A DNA stretch of 32,000 nucleotides from Dickeya dadantii NCPPB 898 (GTDB lineage: Bacteria > Pseudomonadota > Gammaproteobacteria > Enterobacterales > Enterobacteriaceae): positions 2,951,337-2,983,336 of the forward strand of contig NZ_CM001976.1 in NCBI RefSeq assembly GCF_000406145.1, written 5' to 3'. Under the pieces are notes generated by a model that had not been told where the DNA came from, did not search any database, and was given only the letters and a program-made list of their open reading frames with translations. Positions 29,700 through 32,000 of the stretch are shown one piece after another; position 1 is the stretch's first letter; every line of letters starts with the position of its first letter. A program made the position numbers and the translations under genes.

Positions 29700-30620
29700 A
29701 TGACACAACTCCCCTCTTTCCATCGTTCACTATTACACCCTCGCTACTGGCCGACGTGGTCAGGCATTGTTCTTCTCTATCTGCTGGTATTACTGCCTTA
29801 TCCTCTCATTTACCGCATCGGTGCCGGACTGGGAAGATTGTCCATGCGTTTTCTAAAACGCCGCGTCGCTATCGCCCATCGCAATCTGCAACTCTGTTTT
29901 CCGGATATGCCTGAAGAGCAACGCAAACAGCTGGTGAAGAAAAATTTTGAATCCGTCGGTATGGGGGTGATGGAAACCGGTATGGCATGGTTCTGGCCTG
30001 ACTGGCGGGTAGAGCGCTGGTTTAAGGTAACTGGTATCGAAAATATACAGCCCTTGCGTGAACAAAAACGCGGCATACTGCTGATTGGCCTGCATTTTCT
30101 GACTCTGGAATTGGGCGCACGCATCTTCGGTCTGCAAAATGCCGGGATCGGCGTTTACCGCCCCAATGACAATAAACTGATCGACTGGCTGCAAACCTGG
30201 GGCAGAATGCGCTCCAACAAATCAATGCTGGATCGCAAGGATTTAAAAGGCATGATCCGCGCCCTGAAGCAGGGAGAAATCATCTGGTACGCCCCCGATC
30301 ATGACTACGGCCCGCGCAGCAGCGTATTCGTCCCCTTGTTTGCCGTCGAAAAAACGGCGACCACCGTCGGCAGCTACATGCTGGCCCGCGCCGCCAAACC
30401 CGCTATCGTTCCGTTTGTTCCCCGCCGCCTGCCGGATGCCAGGGGATATGAATTGATTATTCAGCCTGCGCAATTGGATGTCCCGCTGGAAAGTGAGGAG
30501 GTGACCGCCGCCTGGATGAACAAGCTGGTTGAAGAAAATATCCTGCTGGCGCCAGACCAATATATGTGGCTGCACCGACGCTTCAAAACACGCCCTGCCG
30601 GGGAACCTTCGCTGTACTAA
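29700..30620 (+). CDS. lpxL: lipid A biosynthesis lauroyl acyltransferase LpxL (HtrB)
   Basis: Track ORF 29634..30620 starts with TTG. The true start is [20 protein letters not shown] at 29700 after GAGG, giving 306 aa as in E. coli. [10 protein letters not shown] (HX4E/D acyltransferase motif), [11 protein letters not shown] and WYAPDHDYG are present. Confidence 0.96.
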   Translation: MTQLPSFHRSLLHPRYWPTWSGIVLLYLLVLLPYPLIYRIGAGLGRLSMRFLKRRVAIAHRNLQLCFPDMPEEQRKQLVKKNFESVGMGVMETGMAWFWPDWRVERWFKVTGIENIQPLREQKRGILLIGLHFLTLELGARIFGLQNAGIGVYRPNDNKLIDWLQTWGRMRSNKSMLDRKDLKGMIRALKQGEIIWYAPDHDYGPRSSVFVPLFAVEKTATTVGSYMLARAAKPAIVPFVPRRLPDARGYELIIQPAQLDVPLESEEVTAAWMNKLVEENILLAPDQYMWLHRRFKTRPAGEPSLY

Positions 30621-30650
30621 GCCCTGGGATATCCCAGTCAGGAAAATACG

Positions 30651-31877
30651 ATGGATAACACCGCCCCGATTGACTGGAAACGTAACCTCTACATCGCCTG
30701 GTTGGGATGTTTCTTTACCGGGGCCGCCTTCAGCCTAGTCATGCCTTTTCTTTCATTGTATGTCGAGCAACTCGGCATACAGGGCCATGAAGCGTTGAAT
30801 CTGTGGTCAGGCGTGGTTTTCAGCATTACTTTCCTGTTTTCAGCTATCGCTTCGCCGTTCTGGGGACGTCTTGCCGATCGTAAAGGACGCAAGCTGATGC
30901 TGCTGCGCTCAGCGTTAGGAATGGCGATAGTGATGGCGCTGATGGGCGTAGTACAAAATATCTGGCAGTTCCTGCTGCTCAGGGCAGCGTTGGGTATCCT
31001 GGGAGGTTTCGTGCCTAACGCCAATGCCTTGATTGCCACCCAGGTGCCCCGCAATCGCAGCGGCTGGGCGCTGGGAACGCTGTCCACCGGCGCAGTGGGC
31101 GGCGCCTTGCTCGGCCCGCTATTGGGCGGCTATCTGGCGGATACATTTGGCCTGCGACCGGTTTTTTTCATCACTGCCGTGGTCTTGTTCATCTGTTTTC
31201 TGATTACGCTCTTTCTTATTCGGGAACGCATTGAACCCATTAGGAAAAAGGACATGCTCAGCGGGCACCAGGTGATGGTCTCACTGAAAAACCCGCACCT
31301 GGTGGTGAGCCTGTTTGTGACAACCATGATTATTCAGATAGCCACAGGTTCCATCGCGCCGATTCTGACATTGTATGTACGTGAGCTGGCGGGGCAAACC
31401 GATAATCTGGCCTTTATCAGCGGCGTTATTGCCGCCATTCCGGGCGTATCGGCACTACTGAGCGCCCCACGGTTGGGAAAACTCGGCGACAAGATTGGCC
31501 CGGAGCGCATCCTGATCGCTATGTTGATACTCTCGGTGCTACTGCTGATTCCCATGGCGTTCGTGCAATCACCCTGGCAACTGGCGCTGCTGCGTTTCCT
31601 GCTGGGGGCCGCCGACGGCGCGCTATTACCCGCGGTACAAACGTTGCTGCTCTACCATTCTTCTCATCAGGTCGCCGGCCGGATATTCAGCTATAACCAA
31701 TCATTCCGTGATGTCGGCAATGTAACGGGGCCGTTGCTGGGCGCAAGTGTTTCAGCCAGCTTCGGGTTCAGAACCGTATTTCTGGTTACCGCTGCCGTCG
31801 TGATGATCAATGTGTTCTACTCATGGTTCTCTCTGCGCCGTAAACCCAATCGCATACCGGTGTCTGAACCAGAATAA
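30651..31877 (+). CDS. mdtG: MFS multidrug efflux transporter MdtG (YceE)
   Basis: Track ORF, 408 aa. [36 protein letters not shown] and the MFS motif [10 protein letters not shown] are present. It has the same length as, and high similarity to, E. coli MdtG. Confidence 0.95.
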   Translation: MDNTAPIDWKRNLYIAWLGCFFTGAAFSLVMPFLSLYVEQLGIQGHEALNLWSGVVFSITFLFSAIASPFWGRLADRKGRKLMLLRSALGMAIVMALMGVVQNIWQFLLLRAALGILGGFVPNANALIATQVPRNRSGWALGTLSTGAVGGALLGPLLGGYLADTFGLRPVFFITAVVLFICFLITLFLIRERIEPIRKKDMLSGHQVMVSLKNPHLVVSLFVTTMIIQIATGSIAPILTLYVRELAGQTDNLAFISGVIAAIPGVSALLSAPRLGKLGDKIGPERILIAMLILSVLLLIPMAFVQSPWQLALLRFLLGAADGALLPAVQTLLLYHSSHQVAGRIFSYNQSFRDVGNVTGPLLGASVSASFGFRTVFLVTAAVVMINVFYSWFSLRRKPNRIPVSEPE

Positions 31878-31939
31878 AGCGCGTCCCCGGTGCAGGATAA
31901 AAGTAATCCTGGCAATGCCGTATTCAGCCCATAAAAAAA

Positions 31940-31963
31940 GCAACGGACTGGCCGTTGCTTTTT
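31940..31963 (+). terminator. rho-independent terminator of mdtG
   Basis: GCAACGG-actgg-CCGTTGC is followed by TTTTT and preceded by an A7 run. Confidence 0.8.
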
Positions 31964-32000
31964 CGTCGTTCACCCTGACTCACTGAGCGCTTTTAATCAC

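Noticed and set aside
31902-32000. A hairpin CAGGAT-aaaagta-ATCCTG, and a possible minus-strand gene end (...VIKSAQ*) at the right edge.
   Set aside because: Only about 6 codons are visible before the window ends, so no gene can be supported. The hairpin sits beside the clearer mdtG terminator.
1-32000. A whole-window search for CRISPR arrays, tRNA/rRNA genes, IS/transposase or integrase genes, toxin-antitoxin pairs, defence-island genes and large repeats.
   Set aside because: None was seen. All intergenic gaps over 200 bp are accounted for by promoters or leaders of flanking conserved genes, plus the ERIC element and the AT-rich tract. I conclude this is an ordinary core region rather than a carrier of a novel system.

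Overview
This window is a conserved enterobacterial core-genome block. From gene order and protein similarity recalled from E. coli K-12, it matches the ycfP-nagZ-thiK-lpoB-ycfL-hinT / ptsG / ycfH-holB-tmk-mltG-pabC / fabF-acpP-fabG-fabD-fabH-plsX-rpmF-yceD / yceF / rluC / rne / pyrC-dinI-bssS / yceJ-yceI / trhO / lpxL-mdtG region. The high G+C content and ERIC element suggest a Pectobacteriaceae-type genome such as Dickeya or Brenneria, at low confidence. I call 34 CDS, including two the ORF track missed: rpmF and a partial ycfP. I also call one ERIC repeat, two short tandem-repeat arrays, a LexA box, ptsG Mlc/CRP operators, the rne autoregulatory leader and several terminators. I saw no tRNA, rRNA, CRISPR array, IS element, prophage or defence-type gene. 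I found no support for a novel multi-gene system here. Every gene has a housekeeping orthologue, apart from three isolated redox genes (Ldh_2-family dehydrogenase, ABM monooxygenase, OYE flavin reductase) that sit at synteny breakpoints relative to E. coli. Small-scale observations worth a second look are listed below.
- An apparent 1-nt frameshift removes the conserved C-terminus of the OYE gene.
- A ~290-bp intergenic island of about 20% G+C lies upstream of yceJ, with an operator-like palindrome on a perfect -10 hexamer.
- Two 3-copy tandem repeats lie beside the fabF and ptsG terminators.
- The last codons plus stop of ptsG are duplicated, with only synonymous differences.
- A hairpin-rich leader precedes the Ldh_2 gene.
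All homology statements come from memory of reference proteins, not from searches.
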